From the human T2T-CHM13v2.0 reference genome, Homo sapiens, in the NCBI RefSeq assembly GCF_009914755.1, contig NC_060928.1: a stretch of DNA of 64,000 nucleotides. One strand, written 5' to 3'. Of this stretch, positions 13,954 to 27,180 are shown piece after piece. Under the pieces are notes generated by a model. It saw only the letters and a program-made list of their open reading frames with translations, was not told where the DNA came from and made no database searches. Position 1 is the first letter of the stretch; each line of letters opens with the position of its first letter. The translations under genes were made by a program, and so were the position numbers.

Positions 13954-16102
13954 AATTATAGCAGCATAAAACACATCAATTATTTCCGATTGTCCATGAC
14001 CACAGCTTATCTATGTATGTGTCTATACATCTAGAGACTAAGGGTATCATTCAACTCTGCTCAAGTTTGGGGGAATGGCTTTCATAGCTATGATAATTCC
14101 TTCATGTAATTTCCTTCATAAAGTAACTAAGTTTAAAATACATGCATACTTTTTTAAAAAGCACATAAACTTTCTCTCTTGTCCTTACTCATCACTTTAG
14201 TATTTTTATATATCCTCAAGTTAGTTAAATATGTCCAAGGCCTTTAATTGCCAGAAGAAATTGTGTTATTTGATATGCATTCTGTTGCAAATCCCTGAAT
14301 AGACTCTATAATCTAAGTATGAATCGTAAGAGATAATGCTTCAGGCCTTGTATTTTTTCTTTTTTGGTATAGAAATTTTTTTACCTGAACATCCAGTCCT
14401 ACTCATAACTTCAAATGACTTCTTTGAGACAGAATTTCTTTAAGGAAACTTTAGACATTTCCATTTTAATAGACAGATAAAGCTTGTAGCCTTCAATCTC
14501 TAAAGTCATCAGCTTGAATGAAAGTCATTCAATTATATCAACTTTTTGAGAGATTTTCAGCTGTGGAAAAATAGCTCTGCTTCTCTCAATAAACTGAAAT
14601 TGCAGGAGCTAGTTATGCTTCAGGTAAATGTGACATCTTCCAAGGTATGCACAAGGTACACACCTGGCTTCATGCCTGTGGTGTGTGTGATTATATGGGT
14701 GAGTAGAAATAAAGCTATTAAAACATAGTTGAGTAAGCTATGTTTGCTTTAGTGAAAATATTTAATTTAATTTAAATTTTCTATTCATTCTTTAGCTCTC
14801 TAAACCTCCCTGGAATACTGTCACCACAGCATTTGCTGTCCCTCTGCCTGGAATTCCCTGTCCCAAATATACACCTGGATTACTGCCTCACTCACCTTAG
14901 ACTTTGACACAAATAGTTACTCTCAATGAGGTTTTCATGAGTATTCTAATTAAAAGTAAATTTTATTTCTCAACTCTCATCTTTTTTTTTTCCTGCTTTA
15001 ATTTTCTATATGACAATTCTTACCATATAACACCCTATGTGTCCTATTTTTTATTAGTCTTTCATTTAAAGTGTAAGCCTCCTAAAGACATCCTATGGGA
15101 TATAAAAACATAAATTATTGTACTTAACTGCAGAATATCACTGGATATATTATCATACCTCTCAGCAAAATAATCCATGATCTCCCAGCTAGCCTTGCTG
15201 ATGGGAATGTGCATGGGATGTACTAGCCAAATGGAATTCTCAAATTCTCATGAAATCTCTTTAGAACAGGACAGGATCGACTTTGCCTTTCATTTTCGAC
15301 AACATCTTGCTCAGAGTACTGATTCAAGACTGGAATTGGAACAACCAACATGTAGACATTAATGATAAGCATGAGATTCAAGCCACATGCTAAGAGTGAG
15401 CAGAAAGATAGAGTCTGAATTCCTCACTGATGGCACTGGCACCAGACTTCATACCTCTAGACTCCCTCGCTTTGTGAGAAAAACAGCCCCACAAGTGATG
15501 AAGCCACTATTATTTGGGTATTCTATCAGGTAGTCGAATACAAACCCCAGTGGATGTAAATCTAAAAAACTCACAAAGCTCTACCCTCTTCCTGAATTCC
15601 AGTGATCCTCCGCCTGAGAATTGTGCTCTAGAATTGTAAACTGTGCTACAAACATTTAAGCAAAGGGTTTCCATGTAAAATAGACTTCAGGATGGGTTTT
15701 ATGTTCTGATCAATATTTTTAACTGTGGAGGTTGTAGGGATGTTGTATAACGTGGTGGGAAAAATAAGAGACATGTATTAGAATTCCAAAATTTTACACA
15801 AGATTTGCTATAGAGTAGCCCCGAACTACAAGGATCTCATTCAATTGCCCTGGGCCTCAGTTTCCTCATCTGTAAAAGATAGTATTGGACTTAAAGTTCT
15901 CTGAAGTCTTATTTATTTCTAATACTATATGATTGTTTCTGTGTTGTTTAATACCTTGTACTGTAGATTATTATTATATATAAAAACATGATTATTATAA
16001 AAGATTATTCTTCATTACATGGAGGACTCATTACATGAAGGGACTCAGCTCAAATAAGGGAGAGCAGAGCTGAAGGGTATGAGGAAGAGCAAGACCTGAC
16101 TC

Positions 16103-16123
16103 ACCAGTGCCACGGACAGCAAG
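16103..16123 (+). promoter_or_regulatory. RE1/NRSE-like motif
   Basis: ACCAGTGCCACGGACAGCAAG matches TTCAGCACCACGGACAGCGCC at 14 of 21 positions, with CCACGGACAGC exact. Confidence 0.3.
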
Positions 16124-16237
16124 GGCAGCATTGCTGTAACCATGCTACAAGTTGCTTTAATTAATTAATCTGGATGAGAGAGGCATACCTGGTAGGAATC
16201 TATTACTGAGACACAAAATAGTCCAGCCACTTCTGAG

Positions 16238-16523
<286 letters not shown>

Positions 16524-16901
16524 GGCAGGGAAGTAAGAATACTGACTGGGAGTATTTCTTCTTTCAAATTAAGCCATTATTATAAAAAACATCTGGCAGT
16601 GAAATAATGCTGTGCTAAGTTGAAATTTAGCAAAATAAACATAAAAAGGAGCTATTATAGGCTGCATTTTCCCATTATTCCAGGGGACATTAACTAAGAT
16701 TAAAACATGGTTTAATAGATTATTAATTATAGATGAGTTAAACTTAAATTACCTGCTCTGTAGTGGAAGTGGATTAAATTTGCCGACTATAAGTACTTAA
16801 AAATCTTCATACATAGATATTCTAGTAGGTGTTTTATGACAGTGTCCACAACCTTTTAAAACAATCTTATCTTTTACACTTAAAAAAAAATAGTACACAC
16901 T

Positions 16902-17254
<353 letters not shown>

Positions 17255-18298
17255 TTAATGCTATTGGTTAGGACAAGGGGATGGACCACTGTCATTTTTT
17301 AGCAGAAATTTGAAAATAGGCAACAACAAAAATGTAGTTGTCTAAAATCTTTTACAGGAAATTTTCCCTTTATTAGCTTTATTATGTTGCCATGGCCAAT
17401 ACTCCCGTACTTAATCTGGTCCCCACTTAACCCTCTGCCTTTCTCTCTCATATCTCTACTCCTCCAATCACAGCACTGTCTTTCAGCTTTTGGACACACA
17501 ATCACATTTGATGGTGTTTTTACTCTCCTTTCTCTGTTTGGACATCTGTCTTCATAGCTTACTTCTCCATGTAATGTTAGCCTATCTTCAAATATCACCG
17601 AATTCATGTGAAGCTTTCACCAACCATATCGTAAGCAGCATTATCTCTCACTTTTGATCTCTTGATATGGCTTTGTTATTTTTTCAATGCACTTATTAAT
17701 ACCTTATATTATGTATTAACCTGCTTCTGACTGTTTTTGCCCCTAGCGTATAAGCTTCATGAGCATTACATTCTATTGTCTCCACTGCATATCCCCAACA
17801 GCTGCAATGGTGCATGGCATACGGTAGCTGTTCATGAAATGTTTCTTGGATAAATAAATCATTATGCACTTCAATGTCAGCTTACTCATATCATTTTATA
17901 CTTCTGAGAGTAAATCCTTAATTCCCAGAGTGCTACCTGACTCTCCATGACTTTTCCAATTAAAATAATTCTGTTTTAGACAGTTCTCTCCCATTGCAAT
18001 GTCTCCGTGCCAGTCATCCTCTCTCTCTGGAATTTTGGCATTCCAGTCCAGTGTCATGAAGAACTCGGGTTCAAAGGACAGTTCTATAAGATGTGTTGGA
18101 GGGTACATAAGTAAATGGAGACTTGAGGCTGAATACAAAGAGTATAACGTGATTAGGGTTCTGTTCTAAATTTATTTCAACTCTATTTTGGAAAGCATAT
18201 CTCACTGCCAATCTCTGCTGCTGGGTAACTCCCCTGCCTGTAGACCCTAATTATCTATTGCAGGGTTTCTTCTCATATGATACATCTCCTGATCCCCA

Positions 18299-18441
18299 TC
18301 TCTGTCCCCAGACACCTACGATTCTAGAGAATGGTCTTGTCAGATACTTGGATTAAGTATCTGACAATACCTCAATATGATACTTGGATTAAGTATCTGA
18401 CAAGACCATTCTCTAGAATCATAGGTGTCTGGGGACAGAGA
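18299..18441. repeat. Near-perfect inverted repeat with 51-bp arms
   Basis: 18299-18349 is the reverse complement of 18391-18441 with one mismatch. Confidence 0.97.
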
Positions 18442-18987
18442 AGAAATAAGAAAGTTGTTAGGGCTCTGTTCCAAATAAATGTTTGCAATCTATCACACTC
18501 TCCCTAGCATTTTCTGATGATTTTTTTTTCTTGATAGCTAGGATAAGAGAATGATATTTGATGTTGACCTTAAAATGATTTAGGGATCTGTGTATGAAAA
18601 GATAAAAGATATTTTTGAATAATGCAATACATGTGTGATTTCTGATTCCTCTACTAGTTGAGAGTTTTTGAGAAAACCATTTAACTTCTTTGAAAGCTTT
18701 GTTTGTTTTGTTTTGTTTTTAAATCTGCTAAATTCTGGCCATAGTTTCACAGGAATATCATGACAATCATATGAAATGAACTATGTCAAGTGCCTAGATC
18801 ATATTTGATGCCAGGTGAACCGGTGAACCATTACCTATTACTAACATGTTAGTTTAACTAGGAGGGTTATTAAGTGTGAAGAAAATGAGAAGAAAACAGA
18901 AGAGGTGGTACAAAAGATAGAATGACAGTAAACGAAAAAAAAAAAGGAGGATGAAAAAAATAAAAGAAGGAAGGCAAATTTACATAC

Positions 18988-19460
18988 GTAGATTAAAGCC
19001 CTGGGCAAGACAATGGGCTGGGGAAGTCCGGGGTTATCTATACCCGCAATCGTGGCCACCACCTGGCCAGGAAACCCCTGTCTGGGGAATTGCTTCCCAA
19101 AGCCGATGCAAGAGGATGAGAGAGGGGAGCTGTGGATGATACCCTAATGGAAAGACTATGGGTGGGGCCTGATGGAGATGTTTCCAGAGAGGGCTGGCTC
19201 TATGGTCGCAGGCGCTTTTGAGATCTCCCTCTTTGTGGCTCAAAAAATGCACAGGTTTTCCAGGAAACCTTATGGATCGGGACCACTTTCTTTATGATGT
19301 GGTTCTTTCTGTTGTTTTTGAGACTGAGAAGTTGCAAATGGAGCAACCAGGACCGAAACGGCTGCCAGAAGGAATGCCAGGGGCTCACCCTTCACTTCCT
19401 GGAAAGATCCAGAAGATTACTGCTATCTTTGAGCTGTCTGTGGGTGACGTTTGAAATTCC
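18988..19460 (-). promoter_or_regulatory. Candidate promoter and non-coding first exon of a minus-strand gene
   Basis: Unique sequence with 11 CpGs in about 470 bp against a CpG-poor background. Minus-strand TAC|GTATGT donor (plus-strand acatac 18982-18987) is followed by a pyrimidine-rich tract. Also ETS core cacttcctgg (19394-19403), TGACGT (19445-19450) and a GGGTGGGG box (19160-19167). The TSS cannot be placed from sequence. Confidence 0.55.
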
Positions 19461-19489
19461 ATAGTGTTTGAATGGCTGATTATTTGGAG

Positions 19490-19494
<5 letters not shown>

Positions 19495-19540
<46 letters not shown>
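19495..19540. repeat. (TA)n microsatellite
   Basis: Pure TA run of about 23 units. Confidence 0.98.
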
Positions 19541-19544
<4 letters not shown>

Positions 19545-20020
19545 TTAACATTGGCACATTAATCTATTGAAACTTCTTGGGGAGAATTCGCTCCAAATGG
19601 TCTCATGGAGAGACTCTCAACTTGCAACTGGGCCCTCCATGCTATCCTGACTTACTTCTGTCTTTCACTCTGATACCAGAGTGTAGTCATTCCAGCTCTG
19701 GCCACCCCATTCCTTTCACCAAATTGCTCCTAACTGGAAGATCTTACTCTCCTGTTGTGGGGCAGGAACTGATGCCAGTAGAGAGGGATGTGTCCTGAAC
19801 CATTAATGACTGCCTTTTTTTTAAAAAAAAAGAATGGAGCTGTCAGGAAGGGACATGCCCTCAATATGAAACAGACAACATGCATTACAACTGTAGTGGA
19901 AAGTGGCCACTGTGACTCTCTATGTAGGAGGAGGGCCAGCTACAGCTTCAGCCCCAGGATGGGGACTGTGGAGGACAAACCAGGAATTCATTTCCTCTGC
20001 ATATTTCAGCTATTCGAACC

Positions 20021-20027
20021 TGTGTGC

Positions 20028-20061
<34 letters not shown>

Positions 20062-20065
20062 GTGT
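20021..20065. repeat. (TG)n microsatellite
   Basis: Interrupted TG run. Confidence 0.97.
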
Positions 20066-21106
20066 TTTAAGCCAATGCTCATGCTCTGTATTTAAATATT
20101 AAAAATGATTCCAACTGAAATGAAAAAACAAAGTATGTTACCATTCTTATATTCTCTGACTCAAAAATTCAAGCATTCTGCATGATAGTTGCCTTTTGTG
20201 GGAGATTAGAGTATAGCAGAACAGTGTTCTTAGACACGTAATTAAATTTACAAAGTCACTTGTGGGAATCATTAAGCAAATAAACATGACTCATCATTAT
20301 TATGAATTATTATGATGAAATCATTGTGAATCAATCTATACTTATTAAATTAGAAATTGTACAAATAATTATTACATGGGGATAATTATTACTCCCTGAT
20401 GTATCTGTAAAATTCTCAAAGGAGGAAAACATTATCCCCTCAAAGATGTAATAATACATTTATGAGATAAATTTTATCTAAGCAAATTTTTAAATAACAC
20501 ACAAAAAGATACTGTTTCTGTAAAAGAAAATAAAAATACACACTAATTTAGTAATCCTCTTGAACCACGCATTAATCTTTCTGAACCTGTTCATTGACCC
20601 TTGGTTACTTTTTCCACCTCATTTACCTCTATCACTTCTCATTACAAAACAGGTTCTATGTACACTGAACTTCTTTCTGTTTCTCTAATGGACCATTCAC
20701 TCTTTCACCATTATACGGGAAAGTTCTTGGATTTTGTCCTAAACGCACATTCTTCAGGATGTCTCCCTTGATATCTCTAGATTGGATTACATGCCTTCTC
20801 TAATTGCTTCAGAGCATCAACATTCAGGACTTCCTCGATCAAGTACTTACATCATAATTGCTTACTTAGTAGACTGTTTCTACCCAACAATACAACAAAC
20901 TATATGAGGCAAAGGACCACAACTGTGTAGCTCACACTTAGCTGGCTCAATGAATATCAAAAAGATGAATTTGGAAAAGAAAAGGAATTATACTGATATG
21001 CTTATAAAATAAGAATTTCTAAGACACACATGCACTTGCCTACAAATTTATAAATGTGTTTTTGATAATGTGATAAAAATAAATTTGCCATCTAGGTTTG
21101 CCTCTT

Positions 21107-21530
21107 TTTTTTTTTTTTACTTTAAGTTTCGGGATACATGATATATGTATAGAACGTGCAGGTTTGTTACATAGGTAAACATGTGCCATGGTGGTTTGCT
21201 GCACCCATCAACCCCTCACTTAGGTATTAACTATTTGTGCCAATGCTCTTCCTCCCCTAGCCACCGCCAACAGGCCCCCAGTGTGTGTTGCTCCCCTCCC
21301 TGTGTCCATGTGTTCTCATTGTTCAGCTCCCACTTATGAGTGAGAGCCTGTGGTGTTTGTTTTTCTGTTCCTGTGTTAGTTTGCTGAGGATGATGGCTTC
21401 CAGCTTCATCCATGTCCCTTCAAAGGGCATGATGTCATTCCTTTTTATGGCTGCATAGTATTCCATGGTGTATATGTACCACATTTTCTTTATCCATTCT
21501 ATCATTGATGGGCATTTGGGTTGGTTCCAT
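21107..21530 (-). mobile_element. 5'-truncated L1 (L1PA-type) 3' end
   Basis: Poly(T), L1 3'UTR and ORF2 C-terminus (WIKKMWYIYTMEYYAAIK); TSD ggtttgcctctt at 21095-21106 and ggcttgcctctt at 21531-21542. Confidence 0.95.
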
Positions 21531-22877
21531 GGCTTGCCTCTTGCTGAAGCTCAAGGAGCTTTCTCTCAGAAGGCTGTAGGGTAAGCAGTACCGTAATTGC
21601 CATTTCTATGACAATTATATTATCAGAAGAGAATACTATTTTATTTTAATTATGTATTGTCTTTCTACAAATACCGTCATGAATTGATAGGGGAAGGCAT
21701 AGTCCTTGTTTATCTACAAAGGTGAAGTCACTTGAAATCAGTTATCAAGATAAATAGCAAGTGAACATACCAATAGAGTGCAGAATTGAATTCTTACATT
21801 TTAAAGAAATGTACTACATGATAGGGTATTCATCCAAGTGATGTGAGATTATGTAGCCTTATTTTGTTCAAAAGTATTAACTGAGCATATACTCTGTGCA
21901 AGGTAAGCTATTAGAGTTGTGCAGAGGAAGTTCCAAGCCTTTAATGAGAACACAGCTATATTTACACACATAAACAACACACACACACATACATACATAT
22001 ATTGCCAAGTAGAAGGAAATAAATTTCTTAAGTATTTTGAGTTCAGAGAATGGGATAATCGTTTTTTGCTGAAAAGATCAAAATAGACGCATCTTATGAA
22101 ATGTGGCATTTAATCTCAGCCTTAATGGGAAAGAGTGATGATAGAACAAAATGAGTGTTGTATGAAATGTGCAATTAAAGTAGAGATTGTGGTGAGGGAA
22201 AAACAGGGAACATAGGAGATACATCTAAGAAATCTGAGTGGTATGTAGAGTGCATGCATAAATAAGAAAAATAAGCTATAAAGAACAGCTTGATCTGAAG
22301 CAGTGACGGTTTTGAATTACCAGGTAAGGATTTTGGATATTCTTCAGTATGCAGTGGGATAATTTGAACAAAGAAAAAATGTAAATGGAAATTTCCTAAT
22401 TAGAGATTTTTTTAAAAAAATTGTTTTGAGGCAGAAAAAGAATTAGACTAATTAGAAGATGTTTAAACTAGTACTTCTAATAAATATCCGTGGCTTGCAG
22501 TGACATGCTCAATAAAGTTGTCAAAAACTAAAATCTTGTTAAAATGCAATTAAATGCCAACCATTTCAGATATATAACCATTTAATCAAGGCTAACAATA
22601 AAAGAAATTATATTTTGGTGAAAAACGGAAAATGAGCAAGAATGCTTATTATGTTAAAATCTCAAGGAGATCGATATCAGATTTAAAGACATCATCATTC
22701 CAGCTAGTAAGAAGTAAAGAAAATAAAAAGAACATACCATTCAATTTAGGAAAATTTCCATGATTTGCATATATAACTTTCATGTAAATTGCAATAGCCA
22801 AAACCTAGTCATGTGGACGCATTTAGCTTCATGAGATAGAATATTGAAACACTTCTTTATTCAAAATAGAATAAAGA

Positions 22878-23008
22878 AATATATTGAAATTGTTCAATAT
22901 AGATATTTCAATATATTACTGAATAATTTCAATATATTATTGAATATAATCAATATATGTTGGATTATATATTCAATATATAATTGAAATATAATCAATT
23001 ATATTTAA
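22878..23008. repeat. AT-rich self-complementary low-complexity array
   Basis: Alternating ATATTGAA and TTCAATAT-type units. Confidence 0.75.
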
Positions 23009-24829
23009 AATGTAATCTTTATCTTTGTTATCCATGTTCCTGGCTAAAACTTGAGGAATATAATACTACCGAAGGAGGAAACAATGGCTACTATGGAATA
23101 TTTCTGATCTAGTTTTGTGCATATGACCAATGAAGTGCATAAAGAAGTAGTGTATAAAACTCCTGGGAAAACGTTATTTATTTATTTATTTTTACTGGTG
23201 GCCAGAATGTAAACAGAGTGACTGAAGCTGGTAAAAATAAATTTGTCTATAAGCGGAATTTAGGAGGAGTAGCTATTGTGATAACTTCTAAGAGATACTG
23301 GACAACATCATGAGTCACAAGGAGTCAGGCTGTGATTGTTTACCTTCAGACTTCCTCATGAGACAAATTAACTGCTGTCTTTTTTAATGCTACTATTACT
23401 TTATGTTTTCTGTCAAAGGCAAACCTGACCCTAAATAACACAGAAGAAAATCAGTTGTCTCTCTACAGATAACTCCATTTAAATTGCTACCACAATAAGA
23501 TAAAATTGTTTTGAAAGTTTTCACGGATAAAATTAAGATTAACTGGTGAATTTACAGGTAAATAGGTATCATTTCATAGGTTGTTTATTGAATGCCTACT
23601 ATGTATCAGACACTGTACTAGGTACCACAAATAAAGTGTGAGCTAAACCAAAAATGCCCCCATCTTTATGCAATTTTCTGTGTAAAGGATAAATATTTTA
23701 ATAAGATAATTTCACCTCAAAAATATTAATCCATAATTTGAGAAAATTCTATGATGTAAAAGAAAGGAATGAACTTTCAGGCAGTTGGACATATCCTGTG
23801 TCTGTTACATATATGGAACAAGCTACTTTCATCATTTCTTGCTATTGATTTTCAGTCACAGACTGGATGACAGCTTGGGAATGTGGTAGAAAAAATTTCA
23901 GTGTGCAGAATGGACTCTTTGATATTGAAGGTCTTGCACACATCCTATGATCTCATAATCTTACAGAAATTATTCTATAAATCTTAAAATTGTTAAGGAG
24001 TAAATTCCAAATGATCTGTTTTAAATGTTCTCATATGTGTCTCATCATTTTTTTATATTTTAGTAGATAATAGATCTCATGCTGTTAAAAGGAGTATATT
24101 AAATTCCAAATTTATACCTCTGCCCTCTTGGGAGTTAGGATGCCTTTTATATTCCTCCATGATATTGAATGCAGGTGTTGGATATATTAGCTGCTTAAGA
24201 AATACGTGTTGTTGAGTAACTTATCTTGTCTCAAGCTGATGCTCCATTAATTCTCTAGGAAGTCAGAAAATTCCAAAAAGGAATTTGCTCCAGGTTCATA
24301 GTGTAAATAATTCAAGGAACTCAAAGAAAGCAGCATAACCACTGATAATGTAATTGCCTTATTAATCCTGTAAGCCTTTTTATTCTATTGAAAATAGCAG
24401 TGTCTCACAAACAGCTATTGTTAATGGCTTTTTTAAAAGCCTTCCTTTGCAAGATTAAGATGAAGATATATACTGATATGTTCTCATTAATTCTGAAGGT
24501 GCTGTGTTTGCTTTCTTTAGACATTCTAATTACTCTACATTATAAAGCTATATGAAATTTAACTTAGCAAATTCAGAGCTGGCAATCAAATGTAGCTTAA
24601 AAGTGATCTCTTGTTTTACTTCTTAGAAGCAGTTTTCGTCTTGAAATGCCTTCCTGTAGCATTTTATATTATCCCCAAGTGGCATTAGAGTCATTTAACT
24701 AACAACTCAAAATAATGTAACAACATAACTTAATTAACTTAAAAAGGAATTGCTAATGATTAAAAAATGGCACAATTATATTAAGGCTTGAGGGTACCTA
24801 ACAGCATAGATATTTCTGAAAGCAAACAT

Positions 24830-25215
24830 GTAATCTACCCTTCCCAGCCTCTGGTAACCACCATTCCACTCTCCACCTCCATGAGATCCACTTTTTCAGC
24901 TCCCTTATGAGTGAGAACATATGTAATATTTGTTTTTCTGTGCCTAGCTTATTCCATTCAACATAATAACCTGCAGTTCTTTCCACGTTACTGGAAATGA
25001 CAGGATTTCATTTTTTAATGGCTATTTCAAAATAGCTAGAGGAGAGAAATTGTGTTAAGAATGTTCCTAACACAAAGAAAAGACAAATGTTTGAGGTAAG
25101 GGTTGCTCAATTAAGCTGATTTGATCATTACACATTGTATTCATGTATCAAAAATCACATATACCTCAAAAATATATACAATTATTATATATCAACAAAA
25201 ACATATAATCTAAAA
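24830..25215. mobile_element. L1M(A)-type 3' fragment with a 5' inversion
   Basis: 24830-25023 reads as minus-strand ORF2 end and UTR; about 25024-25215 reads as plus-strand distal 3'UTR. Confidence 0.7.
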
Positions 25216-26247
25216 TTAAAATATAGTAAGTTTTTTAAGAGTCATTGAGGTATTATTTTTAACTACAGTTCCTAAAAGAGGAATGTGTTGGTGAACACTA
25301 TAGAAGCCATATTAATAGACAGAAACTCAAGATGAGGGATTATTCAGTAGAGGGTATAGATGACTGATCTTTTGCAGTGTTTTCTAGGGAATTCTACCTA
25401 CTTGGGGTACTGGTTTGAGAGACTCACACACACATAAATGTTTTGTGATTACATCACATTGTGAAGTGCTGGGTGATAAAAGTATAAAATATTTTTCTAA
25501 TATAAACATTAGTTTTCTCTATTTGCTTTTGCAGAACATTTCATGTGACTAATTTTGAATGACTTGGAGAAAATGAAGCAAGTCTTACTTCATTTTAGCA
25601 ATTTGGGGCCTGGATTTATGTGTTTGAGTAGCTTCATTGATTCCATTACACTGAGTATTATATGTACATCTAGCATGTTATCACAGAAAGATCCCTGTAA
25701 TGAACTAGCCCTGAGGTCAAAACTTTTATCACTGTTTACTAGTTACATGATCTGGAGCTGTACACTTAAACTTTATGAATTTTAATTATATCACTGGCAA
25801 GAAAAACAAAGACAAAATAGTGATACTATTTACCTAATATAATTTATGTGCCTTTTAAATGCCATAGTTTTCATAAATTATAAAATAAATTATTATCATT
25901 GTAACTGTTATTTGATTTACATTTAAGTTTATAAATCTTTAAGTAAACATATATTTTAAAAATAATATGGACTTTTCTCTCTCGTATACTTTATCAAAAA
26001 TTTAACTTTCAGAAGACAAAAAGAATCCCGTGATTGTTATGAAAACTGTCAGAAAGTATACGTACTGACATACATAAAAAATGCTTATGTAGTTTCAATG
26101 ATTATGTATAAATCAGAGTGGAAACCTCCAGCTCTTGGCAGGATATACTATACCAACATTCTCAGTATTTCATGCCCAAGTTTGATGAGTAATATAAAAA
26201 CTTTTACCAATATTTCTGGCTTCTGACTATATAAAAGAGTGTATATG

Positions 26248-26558
<311 letters not shown>

Positions 26559-26919
26559 TCAATACGTAATATGGGTGTGGATTAGGAGTGAGATTAAGTA
26601 GTGATGATGTGAATATAGTTGAAAAGGACTTCATATTTGATTCTTAAAAAATATATTAAAAGATAATAGAATTGTAATGCCATAAGTTTATAAATCCATT
26701 CTAAATTAATTATCATAGGCTTTTTAATACTCAAAAGTTACGACTTGGCTCGGAGTAAAATAAACAATTAAATATATACTGAATCAGAAATTAACATGTT
26801 ATAAGATAGAACATGTACTTAAGAAGCTTTTGAGTATTAAAAAAAAGGTTGATATAGAGGTGATCTTGGCCAGAACATGATGCAAATATGAAAATATAAA
26901 GTGCACAACTTTTAAAATA

Positions 26920-27180
26920 GGCTTTATATTTTAGAGCAGTTTTAGGTTAATAGAGCAGAAGGAACAGAGACTTCCCACACACTCCCTTCGCCCAGCTATG
27001 AACACCTCACCCCCAAGAGTGGTTCATTTGTTACAAGTGATTATTCCACATTGACATGTCATTATAACCAGAGTCCCTAGTTTAGGGTTTCCTCTTGGTG
27101 TTGTATATTCTACGGGTTTGGACAAACGTATCCACCATTATACTATCATACAGAATAGGTCCACTGCCCTAAAAATCCTA
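26920..27180 (-). mobile_element. Old L1M 3' end fragment
   Basis: Runs from ttttagagcagttttaggtt to actgccctaaaaatcct; TSD-like gcacaa...tttaaaa on both flanks. Confidence 0.7.

Noticed and set aside
18988-19460. Formal CpG island
   Set aside because: CpGs are enriched only relative to background; the density is too low for a classical island.
18841-19798. Cluster of overlapping short ORFs on both strands
   Set aside because: No recognisable protein and many non-ATG starts; higher local GC explains the open frames.
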